A stretch of DNA of 64,000 nucleotides from Escherichia coli (GTDB taxonomy: Bacteria; Pseudomonadota; Gammaproteobacteria; Enterobacterales; Enterobacteriaceae). Under the pieces are notes generated by a model, which ran no database searches, had not been told where the DNA came from, and was given only the letters and a program-made list of their open reading frames with translations. A program made the position numbers and the translations under genes. Numbering within the stretch: position 1 is the first letter of the stretch; each line of letters begins with the position of its first letter. This document shows positions 1-15,356 of this stretch, piece by piece. The stretch is from the NCBI RefSeq assembly GCF_024502345.1, contig NZ_JALDNN010000001.1; one strand, 5' to 3'.

Positions 1-461
1 GATAATCTCGGCGTAATGGACTTTTGCCACGCGAGAAACTGCCGCCACCATTGGGATGGTCGCCTGTCCGCCGCAGGTCACCATATTGACGTTCTGCTGA
101 TCAACGTTGGCTGCCAGATTCACCACCGGCACGCAGTAAGGACCGATTGCCGCGGGCGTCAGGTCGATCAGGCGGATGCCAGGTTTAACGGCACGTAGCG
201 CGGCGTCGTTCTTCACATGCGCGCCTGCACTGGTGGCGTCAAACACGATGTCGATATCGGCGAATTCCGGCATGGCGATAAGCCCTGTCACCCCTTCATG
301 GGTGGTGGCAACGCCCATGCGTCGAGCACGCGCCAGGCCATCAGATTCTGGATCGATACCAACCATCACAGCCATTTCCAGATGCACGCCGTGACGCAGA
401 ATTTTTATCATCAAATCGGTACCGATGTTGCCGGAGCCGATAATGGCGGCTTTACGCTTAC

Positions 462-463
<2 letters not shown>
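1..463 (-). CDS. mhpF: Acetaldehyde dehydrogenase (acetylating) MhpF, N-terminal part; gene continues beyond the window start
   Basis: Reverse complement of 443-463 encodes MSKRKAA; reverse complement of the window start encodes [47 protein letters not shown], matching MhpF. Start overlaps the mhpD stop. Confidence 0.9.
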
Positions 464-1280
<817 letters not shown>

Positions 1281-2147
1281 TTAAGGGCGTGTGAGGAAAT
1301 TCAGCACCAGTTGGTTAAAGGCATCCGCATGTTCCCACTGCGCCCAGTGCCCGCAGTCGCGGTAGATGTGCAGTTCAGAACCGGCAATCCCAGAAAGCAG
1401 GCGCAGACCGGCATCCATCGGCACAAAGCGGTCATTGCGTCCCCAGACAATCAGGGTCTGGGCTTTGATTTCACCCAGACGCGGGCTGAAATCCGGGAAC
1501 TGTTTCGGGTTGGCCTCCAGACTCTGGACAAAGTTTTCCAGGTGATCGCGACGCGACAGCATGTTATTCAGGCGCGCCTTAAACAACGCCTCGGTCAGGT
1601 CGCTGGTGTCGAAGACAAAGATCTCCATCATCAGCTTCAGGTTCTCGATGGTCGGCTCACGATACAGCTGATTCAGGCGCTTGATACCTTCGGTCGGCAT
1701 CGGGGTAAACAGGCTCATGCCGCCCGTTCCGCCGCCCATTAATACCAGTTTGCCCACGCGCTCCGGCCAGCTCAGGGTAAACGCCACAGCACTGTGACCG
1801 CCCATCGAGTTACCCAGCAGGTGGACTGTTTGAATATCCAACTGATCGACCACGCTTTTCAGGATGCGGGCGTTGAGATCGGATCGCGAACCGCGGTTAA
1901 CGATCCCATCGCTTTTGCCCCAGCCAGGACAATCCAGCAGGATCACCCGGTATCCGGCCTGTACCAACGGATCGATATTACGGCTGAAGTTTGCCCAGCC
2001 CGTCGCGCCAGGACCAGAGCCATGCAACAGCACGACGGTCTCATCGCCCTGCCCACAGTCATTGAAATGCACGCGTAGGGTTTCGCCTGCTTCCTGCACT
2101 TCCAGAAAACGACTGGTAGCGGCTTCGGTTTGCGGTTGGTAAGTCAT
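1281..2147 (-). CDS. mhpC: 2-hydroxy-6-ketonona-2,4-dienedioate hydrolase MhpC (alpha/beta hydrolase)
   Basis: ORF 1281..2162; start placed at MTYQPQTEA by homology; GNSMGG nucleophile elbow present. Alternative start at 2162. Confidence 0.88.
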   Translation of the reverse strand: MTYQPQTEAATSRFLEVQEAGETLRVHFNDCGQGDETVVLLHGSGPGATGWANFSRNIDPLVQAGYRVILLDCPGWGKSDGIVNRGSRSDLNARILKSVVDQLDIQTVHLLGNSMGGHSAVAFTLSWPERVGKLVLMGGGTGGMSLFTPMPTEGIKRLNQLYREPTIENLKLMMEIFVFDTSDLTEALFKARLNNMLSRRDHLENFVQSLEANPKQFPDFSPRLGEIKAQTLIVWGRNDRFVPMDAGLRLLSGIAGSELHIYRDCGHWAQWEHADAFNQLVLNFLTRP

Positions 2148-2175
2148 GATGTTCTCCTGCATATTCAGTTCTGTT

Positions 2176-3129
2176 TTAGTTCTGTGTAGTGGCGCTCAGG
2201 GAGCCGAATCCGGCGATCCACTCCGGGATCGGGCGGTAATAACGGCCTTCGCTGCGCCAGTTGCCAAAAGCAGAAATGGCGGCAAAGGCGGCAAAGGCGG
2301 CAACCCAGGTTTTCACTTCGTGCGTTGATTTGCCCGCCATCGCGGACAGCTCTTCGTTACTGACCGCGTCCAGCCCCTGCAAACGCCCCTGCTCAAGCAG
2401 GGACATAAAACGGTTATCCCAGACAGGGTTAAGCGGGTGTAGCGTGTTTTGATCGACCACAAACTTCTCGGCGGCGCTGATCACCCGCTGCTGGCGCAGC
2501 TCGCGCTCGTTTTCAGGTAACTGTTTGCCACTGCCGAGCAGGCGGTCACGCATATGGGCATCAGCCTTCGCCAGCTCCGGTACCGGCGGCTGATGCGATA
2601 GCCCGCCGGAGCCTAAAAACAGCACGCGCTTATTCAGCGAGCTGGCGAAACGGCCAATCGCTTCACCGAGCATGCGGGTACGCTGAAAGCCCGGCAGCGG
2701 CGTTGCGACGCCGTTAATAAACACTGGCAGCACCGGCACCTTATCCAGGCCGCCGAGCAAAAACTCCAGCGGCTGCGCGAAGCCATGATCGACCTGCATG
2801 TTGTAGGACACGGCGAGATCGATACCGCTTTTCATTACCGCGTGGGCGCAGGCTTCAGCCAGATCTGTCGGCACCGGTAATTCCCCCGCCGCGCTACCAA
2901 AATCGCCGATCGCCGTAGCGCCAACGCCTAAACAGAACGGCGGCATCACGTCGTAGGAAAATCCGTTGTAGTGATCGGGGGCAAACAGCACGACCAGTTC
3001 AGGTTCGAACGCCGCAATACGTGCCCGAGCGCTGGCGATCACGCCATTAACCTCGTCGAGCACAGCCTGTGCCGGGTCGACATAGCCCACCAGCGGCGAG
3101 TGGGAAAGACAGTGAAGATAAGCGTGCAT
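2176..3129 (-). CDS. mhpB: 3-carboxyethylcatechol 2,3-dioxygenase MhpB (extradiol dioxygenase)
   Basis: ORF 2176..3147; start placed at [19 protein letters not shown] by homology to MhpB. Confidence 0.9.
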   Translation of the reverse strand: MHAYLHCLSHSPLVGYVDPAQAVLDEVNGVIASARARIAAFEPELVVLFAPDHYNGFSYDVMPPFCLGVGATAIGDFGSAAGELPVPTDLAEACAHAVMKSGIDLAVSYNMQVDHGFAQPLEFLLGGLDKVPVLPVFINGVATPLPGFQRTRMLGEAIGRFASSLNKRVLFLGSGGLSHQPPVPELAKADAHMRDRLLGSGKQLPENERELRQQRVISAAEKFVVDQNTLHPLNPVWDNRFMSLLEQGRLQGLDAVSNEELSAMAGKSTHEVKTWVAAFAAFAAISAFGNWRSEGRYYRPIPEWIAGFGSLSATTQN

Positions 3130-3130
3130 A

Positions 3131-4515
3131 TCAGGCAACCTTTTCAACAGGAATGTCGGCAGTAGCGCGAGTGAGCGTCATCACCGACGCCAGTTTATTC
3201 AGGGTGCTGCCCAGGGTTTGCGGAATGGCGATGGCGGCCACGAAGCGGTCCGGACGCATGACTACCAGCGCGGCGTTGTGCTGGGCAAACCACGCGCGCA
3301 GGCGGTTTTGCGTATCGCCTATGCGGGTAACGCCGTCGTGGTTATCCTGATCGGTATGTATCTGCGTATCCGGCACGACCTGGATAAAACGCGTCCCCAG
3401 CGCCTGCCACTGTTGGATCTGCGCCTCGCTCATGCCCCATAGTGGGTTACAGCCCCAGCCAATCACCGCAAAATTCGGTCCGATGACGTTGTCGAGCAAC
3501 GTCACTTCGCCCGATTCCAGCGTCACCTTCGGCTGGATAAACATCTTGCCGACCGGTGAAGTTTTCGCGTCGCCTTCACGCACCAGCGCCCCGGCGTGGT
3601 ACTGCGGCATCGGCTTAAACCGCATTTCAAGGAAGTAGCGTTTGACCGGCGGAATATAGTTCAACAGCCAGGAAACCCCATCGCGTACCGCGCCGTGCCA
3701 GCGTTTGGGCGGCGCAAGTACGTTGCCAGCGGTCACGGAGAGGTCGATCATCGCTTTGGCGTGGTCGCGGCGTTCCTGCTGGTAGGTATCCAACAGCGCA
3801 TCGTCGGCTTTACCGTTAATCACCAGCGCCAGTTTCCATGCCAGGTTGAAAGCATCGCGCATGCCGCTGTTGTATCCCTGACCCTGCCAGACCGGCATAA
3901 TGTGCGCCGCATCGCCCGCCAGCAGCACGCGGTCAATACGAAAACGTTCGGCCAGACGAGCATTATGGGTATACACGCGCTGGCGGATCAGCTCGACGTT
4001 GTCCGGGTTCGGCAGCACTTTGCTCAGTAACTGGCGCATATTCTGCGGCTCGCTAAGCTGCGCTTCGGTTTCCCCCGGCATAACCATAAACTCAAAACGG
4101 CGCACCGCGTGCGGCAGCGCGGCAGAGACATACGGGCGCACCGGATCGCAGCATAAATACACATGCGGCGTGCTGAGCGGATCGTTGGCGATATCCACCA
4201 CAATCCACTGATTCGGCGCGGTTTTACCTTCAAACGGCACGTTCAGAGAACGTCTGACGTTGCTGCCGCCGCCGTCGCAGGCCACCAGCCACTGAGCCTT
4301 CACCGTTTCACGTTGACCGTCTGGCGCTTTCAGATTTAGCGTCACTTCGCCGTTTTGTTGGCTGAAGGCCTCCAGCTCGCGGGAGAACAGGCAGCGCACG
4401 TTGGGAAAACGCGACAACCCTTCCAACATCACCGCGTCCACCTGCGGCTGAATAAACGCATTACGACGCGACCAGCCAAATTCGTCGGTCATCGGCTGGA
4501 TATCAGCAAAGCAAC
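3131..4515 (-). pseudogene. mhpA: 3-(3-hydroxyphenyl)propionate hydroxylase MhpA, 5'-truncated; about 100 N-terminal codons (FAD-binding region) replaced by IS30
   Basis: ORF begins at internal [19 protein letters not shown]; the reading frame runs directly into the IS30 left end at 4516. Confidence 0.85.
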
Positions 4516-7838
<3,323 letters not shown>

Positions 7839-8055
7839 AATTTAACCTTCATTTGATGTTGAATTGAACATATCAAAATCAGGCAATTACACAAATATAT
7901 GTACAGGCTCGCACCTGGGCTTGCCTGACTGACCGCAGGCCGGCGACGACAAGGTGGAAAAGTTCGGCGTGTGGCTCTGGCGGCAACGATCCCGCGAAGG
8001 GCGGACGGTGCTTGAGCTGTTGAACGTAAGCATGCGGGCAAACCATCTTGCGCGA

Positions 8056-8430
8056 CTATGCCGGATGCCACCTATGCGGCAGCAGCTCTGCAATCTCACT
8101 AGCTCGCTGCGTCGGCAACCGTCTCAGCACATCCTTGAGATAGGCATACGGATCGTGCCCATTATTACGGGCCGACTGGATCAAACTCATGATCGCAGCA
8201 GCGCGCTTGAGCATGCGAACCCGCGCCGAGCATTTGAGAAGGCAACGGGATGAACGCTGGCTGGATAGCCGTGGTTTTCTGGGTAAGCAGGCGAATCCAT
8301 TTGTGGACGAGGTTGGCATTGAGGCTGTAGCCCAAGGCGATGTTTGCGATGGAGGCACCGGGTTCAGAACACTCCTGAATGACCTGGGCCTTGAAAGATT
8401 TGCTGTAGGTACGGCGCTGAGGGCGCATGG
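8056..8430 (-). pseudogene. IS66-family remnant: TnpA-like N-terminus fused to TnpC C-terminal tail, internally deleted
   Basis: MRPQRRTYSKSFKAQVIQECSEPGASIANIALGYSLNANLVHKWI (TnpA-like) and ...SLIQSARNNGHDPYAYLKDVLRRLPTQRASEIAELLPHRWHPA (IS66 transposase C-terminal signature) in adjacent frames. Confidence 0.6.
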
Positions 8431-8935
8431 AAAATCCGCTTGATGGGCCATGGCCTTCGGCGGCGGTGTCGGGAAGGTGTGTTGGCCGGACGGATACTGT
8501 TGAACTACGTTGTCTGGGGCAACGGAAGTGTTTCGGCCCGACTCTGGAACGCGATCCGCAGCGACGACTGGGCAATTCCGCACGTTGGCCTGAGCAGCCT
8601 CGGGGAAATCGTCGTCTGGGCGCGCCCAGACGAGTTTCCGCCAAGGAACATGCAGACAAGCAAGGGGCTGCGGGCACTCGGCTACAACGTGAGGATCGGT
8701 GTTTGATCGAGGCGCCTGTGGCACACGCAGGCTGAGGAGCCAGGCGCTGTCCATTGCCTGATCAGGCCGCCCCCCTGTGCCTTGCCTGAGCAGTTGACCT
8801 GCATCAATGGGGCGGGAGAACGCTGCACATTGCACTCTTGACTCCTGAAGTTTTTCATGGTAAGCCTAATATTACAAAGTATTGCAAGGATTTCCTTGGC
8901 CGGAACCGCAAAGCGACGCGATTGGAGAGGGTGAG

Positions 8936-9217
8936 ATGAAAGCGCACCTACAGGTGATTTTCACGCTCGATGAATTGGCTGCGTACTTGAAAGTCGGCAA
9001 GCGGACGCTTTATCGGCTCGCCGCACACGGGGAAATTCCGGCTTTCAAGGTGGGCGGGACGTGGCGGCTTCGTCAAAGTGAAATCGATCAGTGCATCAAT
9101 GATCAGACCCGAGCCGGAGCAAAGAAGGAGGTGATGCGCAAGCGTGAACAGCAGAAGTCATCCGAGCAGCCCGTGTCGCCTGGGCGCACTGCCCGTCGCA
9201 GCAGGCAAAGGGCTTGA
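8936..9217 (+). CDS. Helix-turn-helix DNA-binding protein (excisionase/MerR-like), LHR orf1
   Basis: MKAHLQVIFTLDELAAYLKVGKRTLYRLAAHGEIPAFKVGGTWRLRQSEIDQCI, an excisionase-type HTH; ATG at 8936. Confidence 0.75.
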   Translation: MKAHLQVIFTLDELAAYLKVGKRTLYRLAAHGEIPAFKVGGTWRLRQSEIDQCINDQTRAGAKKEVMRKREQQKSSEQPVSPGRTARRSRQRA

Positions 9218-9251
9218 GTAACTCGTTTTCCAATTTTTCTGGAGGTATGAC

Positions 9252-9821
9252 ATGGACATCGATTTCAAGAAGTTGGCTCCCTGGAACTGGTTCAAGAACG
9301 AGCAGCAAGAGCAGCAGACCGCCTCTTCCCTGCCGGTGCAGCGCAATGACCTGCCAGCGGCGAGCGGGCCAGTCAGCCCGATCCTGCAACTGCGTCGGGA
9401 AATCGACCGGCTGTTCGATGACGCATTCCGGGGCTTCGGTTTTCCGGCGTTGAACATGCCGCAGTGGCCATCCGATTGGTCGGGCATGCTGAAGCCGGCC
9501 CTGGACATCCAGGAAACCGACAAGCAGTACAAGATTGCCCTGGAAGTGCCCGGTGTCGAGGAGAAGGACATCCAGATCACCCTCGACAACGACGTGCTGA
9601 TGGTGCGTGGCGAGAAGCGCCAGGAACAGGAGAAGAAGGAAGGTGGCTTCCACCGTGTGGAGCGCTCCTACGGCAGCTTTCAGCGTGCCTTGAACCTGCC
9701 TGACGACGCCAACCAGGATTCGATCAAGGCATCGTTCAAGAACGGGGTGCTCACGGTCACGATCGACAAGCGCGAGGTCAGCGCGCCGAAGCAGGGACGC
9801 TCGATCCCGATCAACGGCTGA
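9252..9821 (+). CDS. hsp20: Small heat shock protein, Hsp20/alpha-crystallin family (LHR sHsp20)
   Basis: 189 aa with alpha-crystallin domain signature (...ALEVPGVEEKDIQITLDNDVLMVRGEKRQEQ...GVLTVTIDK); GGAGG RBS upstream. Confidence 0.9.
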   Translation: MDIDFKKLAPWNWFKNEQQEQQTASSLPVQRNDLPAASGPVSPILQLRREIDRLFDDAFRGFGFPALNMPQWPSDWSGMLKPALDIQETDKQYKIALEVPGVEEKDIQITLDNDVLMVRGEKRQEQEKKEGGFHRVERSYGSFQRALNLPDDANQDSIKASFKNGVLTVTIDKREVSAPKQGRSIPING

Positions 9822-9926
9822 CGTCGCCGGCTCGTTCGTCACAAGAAAAACCCGTCCCGAGACGAGGTGTCGCGGCTCGCGATGCCTCGTCGCCTCAACC
9901 TTTTCAACCTTCTAAGGAGCATCAGC

Positions 9927-12809
9927 ATGGCCAGAAAACAATGCCAGGTCTGCGGCCAACCCGCCACCGTGCGGGTGGAAGCCAATCTCAACGGTCGTCA
10001 CAGCACCATGCTGTTGTGCGACGACCATTACCGGCAATTAGTGCGCCAGCAAAAGCGCACCGTTTCGCCGCTGGAAGCCTTGTTCGGTTCGCGCAGCGGC
10101 CTGTTCGAGGACTTCCTCGGCAGTGACTTCTTCCGCATCGGCGACGACGCGACGCCAGTTGCCGCCGATACCGATGACGTGGTCGATGCCTCGTTTGGCG
10201 AGCCCGCCGCCGCAGGTTCGGGTGCGCCGCGCCGTCGCGGCAGTGGGCTGGCCAGCCGCATCAGCGAACAGTCGGAAGCCTTGTTGCAGGAGGCCGCCAA
10301 ACACGCTGCCGAATTTGGCCGCTCCGAGGTGGATACCGAACATCTGCTGCTGGCGCTGGCCGACAGCGACGTGGTCAAGACCATCCTGGGTCAGTTCAAG
10401 ATCAAGGTCGATGACCTCAAGCGGCAGATCGAGTCTGAGGCCAAGCGCGGGGACAAGCCCTTCGAGGGCGAGATCGGCGTGTCGCCGCGCGTGAAGGATG
10501 CGCTCAGCCGCGCCTTCGTGGCCTCCAATGAACTCGGTCATTCTTATGTCGGTCCAGAGCATTTCCTGATTGGTCTGGCCGAGGAAGGCGAAGGGCTGGC
10601 CGCCAACCTGCTGCGCCGCTACGGCCTGACGCCGCAGGCGCTGCGCCAACAGGTCAGCAAGGTGGTCGGCAAGGGCGCCGAGGATGGACGCGCTGAGACG
10701 CCGACCAACACGCCCGAGCTGGATAAATACTCGCGCGACCTCACCAAGATGGCGCGCGACGGCAAGCTCGACCCGGTGATCGGCCGCGCGCAGGAGATCG
10801 AAACCACCATCGAGGTGCTGGCCCGGCGCAAGAAGAACAACCCGGTGCTGATCGGCGAGCCGGGTGTGGGCAAGACCGCCATCGTCGAAGGGCTGGCGCA
10901 GCGCATGGTGGCGGGTGAAGTGCCCGAGACCTTGCGCGACAAGCGCCTGGTGGAACTCAACATCAACGCCATGGTGGCCGGCGCCAAATATCGCGGCGAG
11001 TTCGAGGAGCGCGTGCAGAAGGTGCTGAAGGAGGTGACCGAGCACCAGGGCGAGCTGATTTTGTTCATCGACGAGGTGCACACCATCGTCGGTGCCGGCC
11101 AGGGCGGTGGCGAAGGCGGGCTGGACGTGGCCAACGTATTCAAACCGATGATGGCGCGCGGTGAACTCAACCTGATCGGCGCCACGACGCTGAACGAGTA
11201 CCAGAAATACATCGAGAAGGATGCCGCACTGGAGCGGCGCTTCCAGCCGGTGACGGTGCCCGAGCCGACGGTGGCCCAGACCATCATGATTCTGCGCGGC
11301 CTGCGCGACACCTTCGAGGCGCACCACAAGGTCAGCATCTCCGAGGACGCGATCATCGCGGCGGCCGAGTTGTCCGACCGCTACATCACGGCGCGCTTCC
11401 TGCCGGACAAGGCGATCGACCTGCTCGACCAGGCGGCCGCGCGCGTGAAGCTGTCGGCCACGGCCCGGCCGGTGGCCGTGCAGGAGCTGGAGTCCGAACT
11501 GCACCAGCTGCGGCGTGAACAGGATTACGTGGCCGCGCGCAAGCAGTACGACCAGGCCGCCGAGCTCGGCAAGCGCATCGAAGCCAAGGAGACCGAGCTC
11601 AAGAAGCTCGTCGAGAACTGGGAGCGGGAGCGGGCCTCCGGCAGTGCAGAGGTCAAGGCGGAACACGTGGCGCAGATCGTCTCGCGCCTGACCGGCATCC
11701 CTGTCAACGAGTTGACGGTGGAAGAGCGCGAAAAGCTGCTGCACTTGGAACAACGGCTGCACGAGCGCCTGGTGGGACAAGACGAGGCGGTCCGTGCCGT
11801 GGCCGATGCCGTGCGGCTGTCCCGCGCCGGCCTGCGCGAAGGCAGCAAACCGGTGGCTACCTTCCTGTTTCTGGGCCCGACCGGGGTGGGCAAGACCGAG
11901 CTCGCCAAGGCATTGGCCGAATCGATCTACGGCGATGAGCACGCCCTGTTGCGCATCGACATGTCGGAATATGGCGAACGCCATACCGTGGCGCGGCTGG
12001 TGGGCGCGCCTCCGGGCTATGTCGGTTACGACGAAGGCGGTCAGCTCACCGAGAAGGTGCGGCGCAAGCCCTACAGCGTGCTGCTGCTCGACGAGATCGA
12101 GAAGGCACACCCTGACGTCTACAACATCCTGCTGCAAGTGTTCGACGACGGTCGCCTCACCGACGGCAAGGGCCGGGTGGTGGATTTCACCAACACCATC
12201 ATCATCGCCACGTCCAACCTGGGTTCGGACATCATCCAGCGACGGCTGAAGGCGCGTGGGGCGGCCGACGAGGAGTACGAAAAGACCAAGGCCGAGGTCA
12301 TGGACGTGCTGCGCGGCCACTTCCGGCCCGAGTTCCTCAACCGCATCGACGAGATCATCGTCTTCCATGCGCTGGGTAAGGAGGAGATCCGCCACATCGT
12401 CGGCCTGCAGCTCGATCGCGTGGCGCGCAGCGCCGCCAGCCAGGGCGTGACGCTCACTTTCGATCAGACGCTGATCGACCATTTCGCGGAAGAAGGCTAC
12501 AAACCCGAGTTCGGTGCGCGTGAACTCAAGCGCCTGATCCGCAGCGAGCTGGAAACTGCGCTGGCGCGCGAGATGCTCGGTGGCGGCATCGGCAAGGGCG
12601 ATCACGCCAGCGCACGCTGGGACGACAAGGCCGAACGCGTGGTGTTCGAACGCAAAGAGCCACTGCAGACCCCGGCCGAGCCGGAGCAGCCGGATGCCGC
12701 GAAGGCGACCGAGCCGGAGCAGCCGGATGCCGCGAAGGCGACCGAGACGCCGCACGGCGACGCTGGCAAAGGCTCGCGCAAGAAGAAGTCGGCGAGCGAC
12801 GCATCTTGA
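9927..12809 (+). CDS. clpK: ClpK/ClpG-type AAA+ disaggregase (Clp ATPase with N-terminal zinc-ribbon-like CxxC..CxxH)
   Basis: [36 protein letters not shown]-terminus; two AAA+ modules (GEPGVGKT..., [15 protein letters not shown]...); AAGGAG RBS before ATG 9927. ORF-track start at 9867 is a less likely upstream start. Confidence 0.92.
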   Translation: MARKQCQVCGQPATVRVEANLNGRHSTMLLCDDHYRQLVRQQKRTVSPLEALFGSRSGLFEDFLGSDFFRIGDDATPVAADTDDVVDASFGEPAAAGSGAPRRRGSGLASRISEQSEALLQEAAKHAAEFGRSEVDTEHLLLALADSDVVKTILGQFKIKVDDLKRQIESEAKRGDKPFEGEIGVSPRVKDALSRAFVASNELGHSYVGPEHFLIGLAEEGEGLAANLLRRYGLTPQALRQQVSKVVGKGAEDGRAETPTNTPELDKYSRDLTKMARDGKLDPVIGRAQEIETTIEVLARRKKNNPVLIGEPGVGKTAIVEGLAQRMVAGEVPETLRDKRLVELNINAMVAGAKYRGEFEERVQKVLKEVTEHQGELILFIDEVHTIVGAGQGGGEGGLDVANVFKPMMARGELNLIGATTLNEYQKYIEKDAALERRFQPVTVPEPTVAQTIMILRGLRDTFEAHHKVSISEDAIIAAAELSDRYITARFLPDKAIDLLDQAAARVKLSATARPVAVQELESELHQLRREQDYVAARKQYDQAAELGKRIEAKETELKKLVENWERERASGSAEVKAEHVAQIVSRLTGIPVNELTVEEREKLLHLEQRLHERLVGQDEAVRAVADAVRLSRAGLREGSKPVATFLFLGPTGVGKTELAKALAESIYGDEHALLRIDMSEYGERHTVARLVGAPPGYVGYDEGGQLTEKVRRKPYSVLLLDEIEKAHPDVYNILLQVFDDGRLTDGKGRVVDFTNTIIIATSNLGSDIIQRRLKARGAADEEYEKTKAEVMDVLRGHFRPEFLNRIDEIIVFHALGKEEIRHIVGLQLDRVARSAASQGVTLTFDQTLIDHFAEEGYKPEFGARELKRLIRSELETALAREMLGGGIGKGDHASARWDDKAERVVFERKEPLQTPAEPEQPDAAKATEPEQPDAAKATETPHGDAGKGSRKKKSASDAS
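12678..12743 (+). repeat. Perfect 2 x 33-bp tandem duplication inside the clpK 3' region (encodes [11 protein letters not shown] twice)
   Basis: GAGCCGGAGCAGCCGGATGCCGCGAAGGCGACC occurs twice in direct succession, in frame. Confidence 0.9.
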
Positions 12810-13000
12810 TGGCGGGCGAGGCTGCCGTGTCCGACCCCAAGGGCCTGGCATGGGCAGCCTCCCTGGCCTCGATCGCGGTGGCGTTCGTGGCCGCGGGTCA
12901 CGCGGTCGTCTACAAGCGTGATCCGCGGTCGACCACGCCGTGGGGGCTGCTCATCAGCGGCGGCACTGCCCTCCCGCTCGCTGGCCATCCGTTTGCGTGA
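12809..13000 (+). CDS. Small hypothetical hydrophobic protein between clpK and the ftsH-like gene (speculative)
   Basis: 63-codon ORF starting at ATG overlapping the clpK stop; hydrophobic; may be a GC-rich frame artifact. Confidence 0.3.
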   Translation: MAGEAAVSDPKGLAWAASLASIAVAFVAAGHAVVYKRDPRSTTPWGLLISGGTALPLAGHPFA

Positions 13001-13060
13001 CGGTGCGGCCCGTCTGTTCACCTGATCCTCTGGCAACTCGACTTTCGAGGAACACAGCCC

Positions 13061-14788
13061 ATGGAAAAAAAGAATCAATGGAATACCGGCTACTGGATCG
13101 TTGCCCTCCTGCTGTTGTTGAGTTTGCAGAGCTACTGGCAGACGGCGAAAACCGTCGAGCCGGTGCCCTACAGCGAGTTCGAGAAGGCGCTGGCCGAGGG
13201 GCGCGTGGCCGAAGTGCTGGTGTCGGATCGTACGGTGACCGGGCGCCTGAAGTCGCCGGACAGCCGGGGCAAGACGACGATCGTGGCAACGAGGGTCGAA
13301 CCCGATCTTGCCGATCGCCTGTCGAAGTACGACGTGCCCTATGCCCGCGTGTTGGAGAGCACCTGGCTGCGCGATGTGCTGTCGTGGATCCTGCCAGCGG
13401 TAGCCTTCTTTGGCGTCTGGTTCTTCCTGTTCCGCCGCTTCGCCGAGAAGCAGGGCATGGGCGGGTTTCTCAACATCGGTAAGAGCCGCGCCAAGGTGTT
13501 CGTGGAAAAGAACACCGGTGTGACGTTCGCCGATGTCGCGGGGGGGGATGAGGCCAAGGCGGAGCTGGTCGAGATCGTCGATTTCCTGAAGAATCCGCAG
13601 GACTATGGCCGTCTCGGGGCGCGCATTCCCAAGGGCGTGTTGCTGGTCGGCCCACCGGGCACCGGCAAGACATTGCTGGCCAAGGCTGTTGTCGGCGAGG
13701 CGGCGGTGCCCTTCTTCTCCATCTCCGGATCAGAGTTTGTCGAGATGTTCGTCGGCGTGGGTGCGGGCCGCACGCGCGGCGTCGGCGGCCACGACGAGAG
13801 CGAGCAGACCCTCAACCAACTGCTCACGGAGATGGACGGCTTCGACAGCTCGGTCGGGCTGATCATCCTCGCCGCCACCAACCGCCCCGAAATCCTCGAC
13901 CAGGCTCTGCTGCGTGCCGGCCGCTTCGACCGCCAGGTGCTGGTGGACCGGCCCGACAAGAAGGGGCGGCTGGACATCCTGAAGGTTCATGTCAAGAAGG
14001 TGACGCTGGCCCAGGATGTAGACCTCGAACAGGTAGCAGCACTGACCACGGGCTTTTCCGGCGCGGACCTCGCCAATAGGGTCAACAAGGCGGCGCTGGC
14101 GGCGAGGAGACGCCGTGCGTCCGCCGTGGAATTGCAGGACTTCACCGCGACCATCGAGCGCATCGTGGCGGGCCTGGAAAAGAAGAGCCGCGTGCTCAAT
14201 CCCAAGGAGCGGGAAACCGTGGCCCATCACGAGATGGGCCATGCGCTGGTGGCGCTGGCGCTGCCCGAAACCGACCCCGTACACAAGATCTCGATCATCC
14301 CGCGCGGCATCGGCGCGCTGGGCTACACCTTGCAGCGCCCCACCGAAGACCGCTTCCTGATGACGCGTACCGATCTCGAGCACAAGATCGCCGTACTGCT
14401 GGGCGGGCGTGCCGCCGAAAAGCTGGTGTTCGGCGAGTTGTCTACCGGGGCGGCGGACGATCTGGCGCGAGCCACCGACATCGCCCGCGACATGATCACC
14501 CGCTTTGGCATGGACGAGGGCCTGGGCTACATCGCCTTCGAGGCGCAGCGGCCCCGCTTTCTCGATACACCGGAACTGGCCCACGGCGGTTGCCGGGTGG
14601 CCGAATCGACCCAGGCGCGCATCGATCAGGCTATCCGCGACATCGTGATGGGCGTGTTCGAGCGCGCCTACCGGATTCTCGACATCTACCGCGCGGTGCT
14701 GGAGCGCTGCGCGCGCGAGCTGCTGGCGCGGGAAGCGCTCGACGAAAGCGATATCCGTCAATTGACTCAAGGACTTGTTCGGAACTGA
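13061..14788 (+). CDS. FtsH-like membrane AAA+ zinc metalloprotease paralog; Walker A and HEMGH present, Walker B segment apparently missing
   Basis: Two N-terminal TM segments, GPPGTGKT Walker A, HEMGH zinc site; [28 protein letters not shown] lacks the ~27-29 residues (including IIFIDEID) present in E. coli FtsH at that position. Confidence 0.85.
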   Translation: MEKKNQWNTGYWIVALLLLLSLQSYWQTAKTVEPVPYSEFEKALAEGRVAEVLVSDRTVTGRLKSPDSRGKTTIVATRVEPDLADRLSKYDVPYARVLESTWLRDVLSWILPAVAFFGVWFFLFRRFAEKQGMGGFLNIGKSRAKVFVEKNTGVTFADVAGGDEAKAELVEIVDFLKNPQDYGRLGARIPKGVLLVGPPGTGKTLLAKAVVGEAAVPFFSISGSEFVEMFVGVGAGRTRGVGGHDESEQTLNQLLTEMDGFDSSVGLIILAATNRPEILDQALLRAGRFDRQVLVDRPDKKGRLDILKVHVKKVTLAQDVDLEQVAALTTGFSGADLANRVNKAALAARRRRASAVELQDFTATIERIVAGLEKKSRVLNPKERETVAHHEMGHALVALALPETDPVHKISIIPRGIGALGYTLQRPTEDRFLMTRTDLEHKIAVLLGGRAAEKLVFGELSTGAADDLARATDIARDMITRFGMDEGLGYIAFEAQRPRFLDTPELAHGGCRVAESTQARIDQAIRDIVMGVFERAYRILDIYRAVLERCARELLAREALDESDIRQLTQGLVRN

Positions 14789-14875
14789 AAACAGTAGTAG
14801 GTGCCATTCAGAGTAAACCGACGGCTCTGTTCAGTGCGTCATCCAATTCGTCGGCATTGTTCAAGGAGAACCGAT

Positions 14876-15334
14876 ATGTCTGCATTGACTCCGTGGGACC
14901 CCTTCCGGGAACTGGATGAATTGCAAAACCGCCTGGCGACGATGTTCGGACGAATACCCCAGCGACAGGGCGCCCGTACCGGCAACGAAGCCATGACCAC
15001 GGCGGACTGGGCACCAATGGCGGACATCAGCGAGGATGAGAACGCATTCCTCCTCAAGCTGGATCTGCCGGAGGTCCCCAAGGATGCCGTGCGCGTCAGC
15101 GCGGAAAACGGTGTGCTCACCATCAGCGGCGAGCGCAAACTGGAAAAAGAGGAGCAGGGCAAGAAGTTCCACCGCATCGAACGTGCGTATGGCCGCTTTG
15201 TGCGCAGCTTTGTCTTGCCTGACAACGTTGATCCGACCAAGGTGACGGCTTCCATGAAAGACGGCGTACTGGAAGTGCGGCTTGTCAAGGCCGAGCAAGC
15301 CAAACCGAAACAGATTGAAATCTCAGTCAACTAA
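14876..15334 (+). CDS. Small heat shock protein, Hsp20 family (second LHR sHsp)
   Basis: MSALTPWDPFRELDELQNRL...GVLTISGERKLEKEEQGKKFHRIERAYGRF...; AAGGAG RBS before ATG 14876. Confidence 0.9.
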   Translation: MSALTPWDPFRELDELQNRLATMFGRIPQRQGARTGNEAMTTADWAPMADISEDENAFLLKLDLPEVPKDAVRVSAENGVLTISGERKLEKEEQGKKFHRIERAYGRFVRSFVLPDNVDPTKVTASMKDGVLEVRLVKAEQAKPKQIEISVN

Positions 15335-15356
15335 CTTCAATCAGGAGCCCAAGATC

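Noticed and set aside
12678-12743. The 33-bp direct repeat considered as a possible CRISPR fragment
   Set aside because: Only two units, no spacers, and in frame within the clpK coding sequence.
10038-12851. 937-aa minus-strand ORF antisense to clpK
   Set aside because: Lies entirely within the well-supported clpK gene in a GC-rich region where stop codons are rare in any frame; its translation is low-complexity (Arg/Leu/Gly-rich) with no motifs.
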